The position numbers and the translations under genes were made by a program. The notes beneath the pieces were generated by a model, which worked only from the letters and a program-made list of their open reading frames with translations, did no database searches and was not told the origin of the DNA. From Candidatus Eiseniibacteriota bacterium (GTDB lineage: Bacteria; Eisenbacteria; RBG-16-71-46), in NCBI GenBank assembly GCA_041483195.1, contig JBGPFC010000015.1:1-64000 (forward strand): DNA of 64,000 bases. The letters are read 5' to 3'. Of the stretch, positions 27,187-36,379 are shown in pieces. Position 1 is the first letter of the stretch, and every line of letters begins with the position of its first letter.

Positions 27187-28767
27187 TCACGACGGGCGCG
27201 GCTCGCTGAGCGCGCGCCGATCGATCTTGCCGCTGCTGGTGCGCGGCAGCTCGCCGCGAAACTCGATGGTCTCCGGTACCATGTAGCGCGGCAGCGTCTC
27301 CGCGCAGTGGCGCTTGACGGTGCCTTCGTCGAGCGTGGCGCCGCGTTTCGTCACGACCACCGCGTGGAGCCGGTGCGTGATCTCCTCGTCCGGCACCGCC
27401 ACCACCACCACCTCGCTCACGGCGGGATGGCGCTGCAGCACCGTCTCGATCTCGCCCAGCTCGACGCGATAGCCGCGCGTCTTCACCTGATGGTCGCGCC
27501 GTCCGAGAAATTCGAGCTGGCCGTCGGGGCGTTGCCGCACCAGGTCGCCGGTGCGATAGGCGAGGTCTCGGATTCCGGGCGCGATCTCGACCGGCTGGAG
27601 CGCGAGCGCGGTGCGCTCGGGGCGGCCCCAGTAGCCGTGCATCACCGAAGCGCCGCGCACCCACAGCTCGCCGACGCCGCCCTCCGGCACCGGCCGCATC
27701 GATTCGTCGAGCACCAGCGTCTCGTCATACGGGCACGCGCGGCCGATCGGCAGCGGCGTGTCGTCGGCGGGCGGGCCCTCGACCTCGACCCAGGTGCACA
27801 CGTTGCTCTCGGTCGGCCCGTAGAGGTTCGCGAAGCGCGCCTGCGGCGCGAGCCGCATGATCTCGCGCAGGTACTTGACCGGGAACACCTCGCCCGCGAA
27901 CAGCAGCACCCGCAGCGCGGAGAGGTCGAGATCGGCGAGGCCGCCGCGCGTGAGCATGAGCACCAGCGTGCTGGGGGTGGCGTACCACACCGTGAGCCGG
28001 TCCGCCGTCCACTGCTTCGCGACCGCCGCCGGGAACGAAGCGATGCGCGGCGAGAGCGGATACACGGCGGCTCCGGCGCGCGCGCCCGAGAACAGGTCGA
28101 AGGTCGAGAGGTCGAAGTGGAACGGCGCGTGATTCGCGAGCCGGTCCTCGTGAGTGACCGCGAACGTGTCGCCGGCCCACTCGACGAACGCGAGGGCATT
28201 GCGGTGCGAGAGCATCACGCCCTTGGGCTCGCCGGTCGAGCCGGAGGTGTAGAGGATGTACGCCAGATCGTCCGTGAGCGCGGGGCTCGGGTAGCCGGCT
28301 TCGGTCTCGCTCAGGACCTCGGCCCAGGCCACGCCCGGCAACCCGGCCACGGGGGCGGGGGCGGCGGGCTTCTCGTCGGCAAACCACAGCGCGCGCATCG
28401 GCGCGCCGGAGGCGAACGCCTCGTCGAGCGCCGCGGCGCGCGCGGCGACGGTGACGAGCCCCGCCACCGCGCAGTCGCGGGCGATGTAGGCGAGGCGCGC
28501 GGGCGGGGCCGCGGGATCGACCGGCACGTAGGCCGCTCCCACCTTCATCACGCCGTAGAGCGCGACGATCGCCTCGGGGGAGCGCGGTAGCCACAGCGCC
28601 ACGCGGTCGCCGCGGCGCACGCCGTGCGCGGCGAGCGAATGCGCGAAACGGTTCGAGAGGGCCTCGAGCGCCGCGTAGTCGAGGCGGCGGCCGTCCATCA
28701 CCACCGCCGGGCGCCCGCCGAAACGCGCAGCGGATGCGCTCACCAGTTGCGGCAGCAGCGTGGCCAC
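27187..28767 (-). CDS. Stand-alone amino-acid adenylation enzyme, L-proline--[PCP] ligase-like
   Basis: AYILYTSGSTGEPKG, FDLS, NLYGPTE, YRTGD, GRRDHQVK, PRTSSGKIDR; specificity residues read by eye as DLFYLALVCK. Confidence 0.88.
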   Translation of the reverse strand: MATLLPQLVSASAARFGGRPAVVMDGRRLDYAALEALSNRFAHSLAAHGVRRGDRVALWLPRSPEAIVALYGVMKVGAAYVPVDPAAPPARLAYIARDCAVAGLVTVAARAAALDEAFASGAPMRALWFADEKPAAPAPVAGLPGVAWAEVLSETEAGYPSPALTDDLAYILYTSGSTGEPKGVMLSHRNALAFVEWAGDTFAVTHEDRLANHAPFHFDLSTFDLFSGARAGAAVYPLSPRIASFPAAVAKQWTADRLTVWYATPSTLVLMLTRGGLADLDLSALRVLLFAGEVFPVKYLREIMRLAPQARFANLYGPTESNVCTWVEVEGPPADDTPLPIGRACPYDETLVLDESMRPVPEGGVGELWVRGASVMHGYWGRPERTALALQPVEIAPGIRDLAYRTGDLVRQRPDGQLEFLGRRDHQVKTRGYRVELGEIETVLQRHPAVSEVVVVAVPDEEITHRLHAVVVTKRGATLDEGTVKRHCAETLPRYMVPETIEFRGELPRTSSGKIDRRALSEPRPS

Positions 28768-28769
28768 GA

Positions 28770-29921
28770 CTACAGCCCCAGGCAGCGCGCGATGATCTTG
28801 CGCTGCATCTCCGAGGTGCCGGAGTAGAGCGTGCCCGACAGCGCGTCGCGCACCTCCCGCTCGATCGGGTACTCCTTCATGTAGCCGTAGCCGCCGTGAA
28901 TCTGGAGCGCGTCGAGCGCGGCCCGGGTGTGCGCCTCGCTCACGAACAGCTTCGCCATCGCCGCTTCGAGCACCGCGCTCTTGCCCTGCTGCTTGAGCAC
29001 GCCCACGCGGTAGAGCAGGTATCGCCCGGCCTCGATCGACACCTTCATGTCGGCGATGCGCGAGGCGACCGATTCGAACTTCGCGATCGGCTGGCCGAAC
29101 TGCCGCCGCTGGCGCGCGTAAGCGACGCAATCCTCGAGCAGGCGCTCCATCGCGCCGAGGTGCCCTGCGAAGATGCACGCGCGTTCCCATTCCATCGCGG
29201 CGTTGAAGATCGCCATGCCCGCGCCCTCCGGCCCCAGCCGCTGCGCGGCGGATACCACGCAGCCGTCGAACGTCACCTCGCCCATCGGGGAGGTGCGCAG
29301 CCCCATCTTCTCGATCGGCTTGCTGAAGCTGAGGCCTGGGGTTCCCCGCGGGACGAGGAACGCGGTGAGCGCCGGCGCCCTGGTTTCCGCCGATCGGTCG
29401 AGGTATGCGAAGGCGACCGCGAGCTCCGCCACCGGCGCGTTGGTCGAGAAGGTCTTGGTGCCGTCGAGGCGATAGCCGTCGCCCACGCGCACCGCGCGGC
29501 TCGAGAGCGAGAACACGTCGGAACCGGCGCCGGGCTCCGTGATGGCGTGCGCTGCGATCGCCGCGCCGGACACCAGTCGCGGCAGCCACGCGCGTTTCTG
29601 CTCTTCGGTGCCGAAATGGAGGATGGGCATCTGGCACGCCCACATCTGCGCGTTGAGGCTGAACACCAGCCCGTTGTCGCGGCAGCCGCGCCCCAGCGCT
29701 TCCATCGCGATGGTGGTGGTGAGCAGGTCCTGGCCCTGCCCGCCGTACTCGGGCGGGATCGGCAGCCCGAGCAATCCGAACTCCGCGCACTTCTGCCAGC
29801 ACTCGCGCGGGAAGCAGGCGTCGCGATCGCGCCCCTCGAGATCGTGATTCAGCTCCGCGCGCGCGAACTCCAGCACGGCGTCGTACAACTCGCGCTGTTC
29901 GGGGCTCAGTTCGAGGTCCAC
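28770..29921 (-). CDS. Acyl-CoA dehydrogenase family, L-prolyl-PCP dehydrogenase-like
   Basis: AHAITEPGAGSD, KMGLRTSP, MEWERACIFA, QIHGGYGY, TLYSGTSEMQR; GGAGG RBS with GTG start. Confidence 0.88.
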   Translation of the reverse strand: MDLELSPEQRELYDAVLEFARAELNHDLEGRDRDACFPRECWQKCAEFGLLGLPIPPEYGGQGQDLLTTTIAMEALGRGCRDNGLVFSLNAQMWACQMPILHFGTEEQKRAWLPRLVSGAAIAAHAITEPGAGSDVFSLSSRAVRVGDGYRLDGTKTFSTNAPVAELAVAFAYLDRSAETRAPALTAFLVPRGTPGLSFSKPIEKMGLRTSPMGEVTFDGCVVSAAQRLGPEGAGMAIFNAAMEWERACIFAGHLGAMERLLEDCVAYARQRRQFGQPIAKFESVASRIADMKVSIEAGRYLLYRVGVLKQQGKSAVLEAAMAKLFVSEAHTRAALDALQIHGGYGYMKEYPIEREVRDALSGTLYSGTSEMQRKIIARCLGL

Positions 29922-30868
29922 GCCGCCTCCGTTGCCCCGCCCTGCGCCGCCGCGCTCGTGCCCGCCGGTCGGTCGAGCGCTTCGATCCAGCGCAGCGTTC
30001 GATCCAGCGTCTCGCGCGAGCGCGTCATCTCGAGGAATCCGTGCACGCGGCCCGGCCACACCTCGATCTCGAATCGCCGCCGGGAGGCGGGATCGAGGTC
30101 GGCGAACACGGTGCGCTCGGCCACCTGAAAGGTCTGGTACTCGGCGTCGTCGTCGCCATAGAGGAAGAGCGCGCGCGCCCGCGAGCGCACCAGCGCCGCG
30201 AAGTGCTCCATGAAGCTCGGCGCGAGCGGCGGGGCCTCCGGCTCGGCCGGGCCGCGCACCGTCTTCCTCGCGACGCGCGACACCACGGTGGCCATGTAGC
30301 GCCAGCGCTCCGCGCTCCCCAGCGACTGCCAGTTCTCGCGGTTGCCGAGCGCGCGCACCAGGTGCGCCCAGCTCTTGCGGTCGGCATCCACGCGGGTCTG
30401 ATCCTCGAGCGGCATCACCGGGGCGGCGATGAACACCATTCCCGCGATCGCGTCGGCCTCGTCGGCGAACGCGGCGAGCGCGGTGCGCGCATCGAAGCAG
30501 CTTCCGACCAGCACGAATCGGGTCTGCCCGTGGCGTTCGCGCAATTCGCGCAGCACGGCGACGGCGTCATCGCGATAGGGCCGGTTGGGATCCAGGAACC
30601 CGCTCGCGCCCTCGCTGTCGCCCGCGCCGTGATAGTCGAAACGGAACGCTGCGAAGCCGCGCGCCGCGAGGCGCCGCGCGCCCTCCACCCACATGCGATT
30701 GCGGTGGGAGCGGGGGCGCGTGAAGAGCACCACGCACGGCCCTGGCGCCCCGGCGCCGGGAGCGGGAGGGGTGAAGATGCCGAACAGCCGCCCGAGCGGG
30801 GTCGGAATCACGACCGGACGCTCGGCGCGCGCGCGATCCACGTCGCTCGCCGTCTCAAGCCAGGGCAT
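29906..30868 (-). CDS. Alpha/beta-fold hydrolase (exosortase-associated 'hydrolase 1'-like)
   Basis: HRNRMWV..ARRLAARG..FRFDYHGAGDSEG; elbow GSCFD; C-terminal HGF. Confidence 0.8.
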   Translation of the reverse strand: MPWLETASDVDRARAERPVVIPTPLGRLFGIFTPPAPGAGAPGPCVVLFTRPRSHRNRMWVEGARRLAARGFAAFRFDYHGAGDSEGASGFLDPNRPYRDDAVAVLRELRERHGQTRFVLVGSCFDARTALAAFADEADAIAGMVFIAAPVMPLEDQTRVDADRKSWAHLVRALGNRENWQSLGSAERWRYMATVVSRVARKTVRGPAEPEAPPLAPSFMEHFAALVRSRARALFLYGDDDAEYQTFQVAERTVFADLDPASRRRFEIEVWPGRVHGFLEMTRSRETLDRTLRWIEALDRPAGTSAAAQGGATEAAWTSN

Positions 30869-31781
30869 CGAGCCAATTCCTCATGCGCAGGGCGAGCGCG
30901 GGACATTCCCAGGCCGGATTCGAGATGAAGTGCCAGCCCGGCTCTTCGTTCACGCACATCGTATCGACCGTCGCGCCCCGCTGCTCGAGCGCCGTCGCGA
31001 GCGCGGCGTGGGCGGGCGAAAGCCGCGGCCGCGCCGCGATCTGCGCGATCAGGGTGGGGCCGCGGAACGACTCGAGCATGCTCCCCAGATCGGCGTCGCG
31101 CGCGGAATCGAAGACGGTTCGGTGCAGGTAGTACCCGTGCACGTCCACCCGGCCCGCCTCCGCGAGCCGCTCGAGCAACTGGTCAACGGTGGCGTCGGGG
31201 GCGTGTCCGGCCGCGACCTGCGAGAACAGCATGCCGCGGAGCAGCCCGCGAAAATAGTCGGGTGGCCGGTGCACCGGCTCCCAGAGGGCGAGCGCCGCGG
31301 TGCGCGCGCCGCGCGCGATCGCCTCGGCCGCCACCAGCGCGCCGAAGCGCACGCCGAGCCACACGACGCTCTCGGCCCCGGAGCGGCGCCGCGCCTCGGC
31401 AGCGGCGCCGAGCGCATCGTCGGCGAGGCTCGCGAGCGTCACCGCCGCGAAGTCGCCGCCCGAGTCGCCGTGACCGCGCGCGTGGTAACGAAAAACGGGA
31501 AAGCCGGCCGCCGCGAGCGCGCGCGCACATAGCACTTCGGCGCGATAGGCGGTGATCTGCTCGACGCCCAGTCCGTGGCAGTGAACCACGACCGGTGCGC
31601 CGGGCCGGGCGCGACCGGGCGCGTGATGGACCGCGTAGAGCGGCCGGCCTTCGCACTCGAAGAACAGCGGAATTTCGTCGGGGATCGCGGTGCCTGGGGA
31701 CGAGGCGGCAGTGGACCCGGGGGAGAGCAGAGCGGGCTCCTGTGGCGGGTGCGCGGGGGGTAAATGGGTCGGAGGACGCAT
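30855..31781 (-). CDS. Alpha/beta-fold hydrolase (exosortase-associated 'hydrolase 2'-like)
   Basis: ARALAAAG..FRY..RGHGDSGGD; elbow GVRFGA; LWEPV; VDVHGY. Confidence 0.8.
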   Translation of the reverse strand: MRPPTHLPPAHPPQEPALLSPGSTAASSPGTAIPDEIPLFFECEGRPLYAVHHAPGRARPGAPVVVHCHGLGVEQITAYRAEVLCARALAAAGFPVFRYHARGHGDSGGDFAAVTLASLADDALGAAAEARRRSGAESVVWLGVRFGALVAAEAIARGARTAALALWEPVHRPPDYFRGLLRGMLFSQVAAGHAPDATVDQLLERLAEAGRVDVHGYYLHRTVFDSARDADLGSMLESFRGPTLIAQIAARPRLSPAHAALATALEQRGATVDTMCVNEEPGWHFISNPAWECPALALRMRNWLDALA

Positions 31782-31881
31782 CAATCGTAGACGGGGCCGC
31801 GATGGACTGTCAACGAACGGACCGGCCGCGGCGCGCGCCCCCGCCGGCCGGGCGGGCGCGCGGCCCGGGCAGTCGCCGGGG

Positions 31882-33099
31882 TCACCCGGCGGGCGGTTCG
31901 CGCTCGATGAAGGCCGCGTGGAGCGCGCGCACCGCGGCCGCGCAGTGATCCGCGCTCACGCGCAGGATGAGCGCCGTGGGCGTGGTGCGCAGCGCGATCA
32001 GGGCGACACCCGCGCGCTCGAGCGCCTCCTCGGCGCGCACCGCCTCGCGCGCGCCGAGCCCGAGGCCCACCAGCGACACGAAGGCCGCGCCGTGCTCGGC
32101 GGCCAGCTTCCACTCGCCTCCCGGGCCCTTCAGGGCGCGAAAGTGTTCCGCGAGGGAAACGACATCGGCCTGCTCGCCGATCCAGACGATCACCCCGTGC
32201 GTGTCGCCAGACTGTTCATGAGCGACCAGCTCGAGCTCGGGGTGAGCCTCGCCCACCGATGCGATCAGATCGCGCGCCTCGCCGCGGCCGCCGGCGTTGC
32301 CCTCCGCGATCGCGATCGAGCAGCCGGTGCGGTGCGCGACCGCTTCGATCCGTGCGCCCTCCATGTCGTCCTCCGTGATCGTGGTGCCTGGCGCTTCGTC
32401 GAACGACGATCGCACCGTGAGCGGCACGTGGTGGGAGGCGGCCAGGTCCACGCAGCGTGCGTGGAGCACCTGTCCGCCCAGATGCGCGAGCGTCGAGCAC
32501 GCGCGGTAAGAAATGCGGGGAATCACGCGCGCCGCCGGAACCACGCGCGGATCCGCGGTGAGCACCCCGGGCACGTCGGTGCGGATCTCGCAGCGGCCGG
32601 GGCCGAGCGCCGAGGCGAGCGCGACCGCCGTCGTGTCGGATCCGCCGCGGCCGAGCGTCGTGATCTCCCGGGTCTCGGGGTTCACGCCCTGGAATCCCGC
32701 GACGATCACCACCCGTCCGCGGTCGAGCTCCTGGCGAATGCGCTCGGGGCGCACCGCGACGATCCGCGCCGCGTTGTGCGTGCCGTCGGTGAGAATGCCG
32801 CTCTGGGAGCCCGTGAACGAGATCGCCTCGACCCCGAGATCGTGGAGCGCCATCGCGAGCAGCGCCATCGAGACGCGCTCGCCGGTGGTGAGCAGCATGT
32901 CGAGCTCGCGGCGGCTGGGATGCGGGGACACGCGGTGCGCGAGCGAGAGCAGCTCGTCGGTGGTCTGACCCATCGCCGACACCACGACCACCACGCGATT
33001 CCCCGCGCGGCGCGCGTCCGCCACGCTGCGCGCGACCGCGCGAATCCGATCGGGGCCATCGACCGAGGTGCCGCCGAACTTTTGCACGAGGAGTGGCAT
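31882..33099 (-). CDS. lysC: Aspartate kinase
   Basis: [44 protein letters not shown]. Confidence 0.95.
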   Translation of the reverse strand: MPLLVQKFGGTSVDGPDRIRAVARSVADARRAGNRVVVVVSAMGQTTDELLSLAHRVSPHPSRRELDMLLTTGERVSMALLAMALHDLGVEAISFTGSQSGILTDGTHNAARIVAVRPERIRQELDRGRVVIVAGFQGVNPETREITTLGRGGSDTTAVALASALGPGRCEIRTDVPGVLTADPRVVPAARVIPRISYRACSTLAHLGGQVLHARCVDLAASHHVPLTVRSSFDEAPGTTITEDDMEGARIEAVAHRTGCSIAIAEGNAGGRGEARDLIASVGEAHPELELVAHEQSGDTHGVIVWIGEQADVVSLAEHFRALKGPGGEWKLAAEHGAAFVSLVGLGLGAREAVRAEEALERAGVALIALRTTPTALILRVSADHCAAAVRALHAAFIEREPPAG

Positions 33100-33204
33100 G
33101 CACGGGACTATAGCCGAGGCGGGGCGCGCCAGGTGCACGACGCTCAAGCGGGCTGGCCGGGGTGCCGATGACCTGTGGTGACCCGCCTCGGAGAAGGGAC
33201 CCGG

Positions 33205-33792
33205 ATGCGATCGGTTGCATGGGAGCGGTGCGCGCGCCCGCGAGGATTCTCGCTGCTCGAACTCTGCGCGGTGCTCGTGATCGTCGGGGTCCTCGTCACG
33301 TTTTCGGTTGCTGCGTACCGGCGCGAGATCCTGCGCGCGAAGGCGGCCGCGACCATCCAGGAGCTGACGCAGATCCGGCTCGCGTTGATCCGCTTCGAAG
33401 CCGACTGCGGCGGCCTGCCGCCCTGGTCGAAGCGCGGCGGCGATCCCGGGCTGTGCTACGCGCCGGCCTATGCGAGCGGCACCTGGGGCGGGCCATACCT
33501 CGACCGCTGGTCCGGCACCACGCCGCTGGGGGGCGTGGTGGTGTACCAGGCGCGGGGCGGACCCAGTGACGTCGCCCCAGCTTCGCTGAGCGTGGACGGG
33601 CTATCCTCGGACGAAACCGGCGTGCTCTCGCCGATGCTCGATCAGACGTTCGGCACCGACCTGGGGAGCACGACCCGCGTCGGCACTCGAGTGATCCGGC
33701 GCCGCGCCCGCGTGCTGCCGCCGACCGGGCGGCCCGGCACCGTGCTCGACCCCGCGGCCCCCGCCGCTCCGGCCCCGGCGTCCGCGCCGTAG
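33205..33792 (+). CDS. Prepilin-type N-terminal cleavage/methylation domain protein (GspG-like)
   Basis: [18 protein letters not shown] with Glu5; WGGPYLD motif. Confidence 0.8.
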   Translation: MRSVAWERCARPRGFSLLELCAVLVIVGVLVTFSVAAYRREILRAKAAATIQELTQIRLALIRFEADCGGLPPWSKRGGDPGLCYAPAYASGTWGGPYLDRWSGTTPLGGVVVYQARGGPSDVAPASLSVDGLSSDETGVLSPMLDQTFGTDLGSTTRVGTRVIRRRARVLPPTGRPGTVLDPAAPAAPAPASAP

Positions 33793-33886
33793 ACGCCGGA
33801 TCGACGCGCGGCGCCCGCGATCCCGGAGGCGGGCCCATCTCGATCCGGCGCGCGGCGGAGCGACTCACGCCGGCACCCCGCGCGCC

Positions 33887-33916
33887 TTGACGCCCTCCCG
33901 ATCCCGTCGCTATATT
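33887..33916 (+). promoter_or_regulatory. Sigma70 promoter of tRNA-Gly
   Basis: TTGACG-N18-TATATT, 20 nt upstream of the tRNA. Confidence 0.8.
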
Positions 33917-33935
33917 CGCCCGCGCTTCGATTCTC

Positions 33936-34012
33936 GCGGAAGTAGCTCAGACCGGTAGAGCGCCACCTTGCCAAGGTGGATGTCGCGGGTTCAAATCCCG
34001 TCTTCCGCTCCA
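33936..34012 (+). tRNA. tRNA-Gly (GCC)
   Basis: GCGGAAG/CTTCCGC acceptor stem, anticodon arm CCACC-TTGCCAA-GGTGG, GGTTCAAATCC T-arm, encoded CCA. Confidence 0.97.
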
Positions 34013-34016
34013 TCTT

Positions 34017-34050
34017 GCGGGGCCGGCCCATCGCCGGCCCCGCCATTTTT
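34017..34050 (+). terminator. Intrinsic terminator after tRNA-Gly
   Basis: GCGGGGCCGG/CCGGCCCCGC 10-bp stem followed by CATTTTT. Confidence 0.75.
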
Positions 34051-34072
34051 CCGGGAGGTGCTGGTGGGCGGA

Positions 34073-34639
34073 ATGCCTCCGGCCCGCGACCCCGCCGCGG
34101 TCGCGCGCGCGGTCTCGGACCTGATCCGTGCGCTGGGACTCGATCCGGCGTCCGAGCCGGACCTCGTTGAAACTCCCGCCCGGGTCGCCGATCTCTACGC
34201 CGAGATCTTCAGCGGGCTCGATCCCGCGCAGGCGCCAGAGCTCGCGGTGTTCCCTCACGCGGCGGGGGGCGACCAGCTGGTCGCGGTGCGCGACCTGCCG
34301 TTCCACTCGCTGTGCGTGCACCACTTCGTGCCGTTCTTCGGCCGCGCCACCATTGCCTACGTTCCAAACGACCGCATCCTCGGCATCAGCGGGGCGGCGC
34401 GCCTGCTCCACCACTACGCGCGGCGCCCCCAACTGCAGGAGCGGCTCGCCGCGCAGGTCGCTGACCATCTCGAGCGGATCGTCGCCCCGCTCGGGGTCGC
34501 GGTGCTGATCGAGGCGCGCCATCTGTGCATGGAAATGCGCGGGATTCGCACTCCGGGCCTGGTCGAAACGCGAGTGGTGCGCGGCGCGCTGACCGATCCG
34601 CGCTGGTCGGAAGCGTTGCGCGGCGGCGCGCGCGCATGA
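34073..34639 (+). CDS. folE: GTP cyclohydrolase I
   Basis: ETPARVA, SLCVHHFVPFFG, ARRPQLQERL, HLCMEMRG; alternative GTG start at 34064. Confidence 0.92.
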   Translation: MPPARDPAAVARAVSDLIRALGLDPASEPDLVETPARVADLYAEIFSGLDPAQAPELAVFPHAAGGDQLVAVRDLPFHSLCVHHFVPFFGRATIAYVPNDRILGISGAARLLHHYARRPQLQERLAAQVADHLERIVAPLGVAVLIEARHLCMEMRGIRTPGLVETRVVRGALTDPRWSEALRGGARA

Positions 34640-34658
34640 GCGCACCCGCCGCCCAGCC

Positions 34659-35444
34659 ATGAACGCCGCGGCGCCGGCCGTGACCGCCGTGGTCGTGACC
34701 CGCGACCGGCCGCGGCTGCTTCGGGACGCGCTCGCCAGCATCGCGCGCCAGACCCGTTCCCCGCTCGAGGTGCGAATCGGGAACGACGGCGCGAGCGCGG
34801 TCGACGAGGCGCTCGACGCGCTCGGCGGGCTCCCGTTCAGCGTGACGACCGTGCACGATGGCCAGGCGGCGCGTGCGCGCAATCGGGTGGCACACGGCGC
34901 GCGAGGCGAGGCGCTGGCGTTTCTCGACGACGATGACCGCTGGCTGCCCGACCACCTCGAGGGATTGGCGGGAGCGCTGCGCGATCCGGCGGTGGACGTC
35001 GCGTACCGCGACTGCGCGATCGTGCGTGAGCGGGTGGACGACGCGGGCGCGCGCCTCGATCTGGATCGCCGCGTGATCGCGCGTGACTGGGATCCTGAGA
35101 TCATGCGGCGTGACGATTTCATTCCACCCAGCAGCTGCGCGGTGCGCGCCGCGTTCTTCGAGCGGCTCGGGGGATTCGATACGGCCTTTCGCTATTCCGA
35201 GGACTGGGACTTCCTGCTGCGCGCCGCGCGCGAGTCGATTCCGCGGCGGGTGCCGGGCGTGACGGTCGAGGTGCGCATGCGCGATTCGGGAAATGCGTCA
35301 GCGGTCCTCTCGGAGGAGCGGCTCGCGTGCCTCGTGCGGCTGGCCGCGCGTCACGGCCTGCCGCCGCTCGTGCCGCGCACCTTCTGGGAGGTCGCGGAGC
35401 GGGTGGGCGAAGGGGGCGGCGCGCCGTGGCGCGATCGCTCCTGA
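34659..35444 (+). CDS. Glycosyltransferase family 2
   Basis: TRDRP, NDG, ARN, AFLDDDD, GGFD, EDWDF. Confidence 0.9.
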   Translation: MNAAAPAVTAVVVTRDRPRLLRDALASIARQTRSPLEVRIGNDGASAVDEALDALGGLPFSVTTVHDGQAARARNRVAHGARGEALAFLDDDDRWLPDHLEGLAGALRDPAVDVAYRDCAIVRERVDDAGARLDLDRRVIARDWDPEIMRRDDFIPPSSCAVRAAFFERLGGFDTAFRYSEDWDFLLRAARESIPRRVPGVTVEVRMRDSGNASAVLSEERLACLVRLAARHGLPPLVPRTFWEVAERVGEGGGAPWRDRS

Positions 35445-36349
35445 TCGTGGGCGCGGGGCCGGCCGGCGTTTCGGCCGCGCTCTGGGCGCGGACCCTGGAT
35501 CTCGATCCCGAGCTGATCGAGAGCGCGCCGCGTCCGGGCGGTCAGCTCCACCACGTGCATTTTCATCCCGCCGATCTCGCGGGCGTGCCGGCGGGGGACG
35601 GGCCCGCGATCGCGACCGCCTTCGCGCGTCAGCTCGAGGCGGCGCGCATTCCGCTGCGGTTGGACTCGGTCGCGGTGACGCTCGAGCCCACGGCGCTCGG
35701 GGGCGCGGGCCCGGCGGTGATGACCTCATCCGGCGAGCGGCTCGAGACCGACGCGGTGCTGATCGCGACCGGGGTCCGCCGCCGCCATCTCGACGTGCCA
35801 GGCGAGCTCGCGCTCGAAGGCCGCGGCGTCTCGTATTCCGCGACCCGGGATCGCATGCGCTTCGCGGGGCAACACGTCGTGGTGGCGGGTGGCGGGGATG
35901 GAGCTTTCGAGAACGCGCTGCTGCTGGCGGCGGTGGGGTGCACGGTGACGCTCGCGGTGCGGGGCCTGCCGCGCGCGCGCGGCGAGTTCCGCGCCCGGGC
36001 CGAGAGCGAGCCCCGCATCACGCTGCGCGAGCGCACCCGGGTGGTCGCGGCACTCGGGGAGCACGAACTGCGCGCGGTGCGGCTCGATGGGCCGCACGGC
36101 GTCGAGGAGCGGGCCGCGGCCGGGCTGATCATCAAGGCGGGGGTGATCCCCAACACGGAATGGTGCCGCGCGACACTCGAGCACGACGCCGATGGATTTC
36201 TGCTGGTGGACGCGCGGCTCGCGACGTCGCAGCCGCGCGTGTGGGCGGCGGGCGACGTGACGCGACCGCCGCTGCTCGCGATCGCGGTCGCGATGGGACA
36301 GGGCGCGATCGCGGCGGCCGAGGTGCGAAGGGCGCTGGGCGGGGGCTGA
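35426..36349 (+). CDS. Thioredoxin-reductase-like FAD/NAD(P) oxidoreductase lacking CxxC
   Basis: GAGPAG, GGQL, IATG, GVSYSATRD, GGGDGAFE, TSQPRVWAAGD. Confidence 0.88.
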   Translation: MARSLLIVGAGPAGVSAALWARTLDLDPELIESAPRPGGQLHHVHFHPADLAGVPAGDGPAIATAFARQLEAARIPLRLDSVAVTLEPTALGGAGPAVMTSSGERLETDAVLIATGVRRRHLDVPGELALEGRGVSYSATRDRMRFAGQHVVVAGGGDGAFENALLLAAVGCTVTLAVRGLPRARGEFRARAESEPRITLRERTRVVAALGEHELRAVRLDGPHGVEERAAAGLIIKAGVIPNTEWCRATLEHDADGFLLVDARLATSQPRVWAAGDVTRPPLLAIAVAMGQGAIAAAEVRRALGGG

Positions 36350-36379
36350 CGCGCCGCTCCGGCACCCGAACGCGCCGCG

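Noticed and set aside
26901..28767. Classical dlt (D-alanylation) operon
   Set aside because: No DltB MBOAT or DltD; pocket residues and the linked dehydrogenase fit proline-type systems
33936..34050. tRNA-Gly as an integration site for an island or prophage
   Set aside because: No integrase, no duplicated tRNA 3' end seen, and flanking genes are host-like
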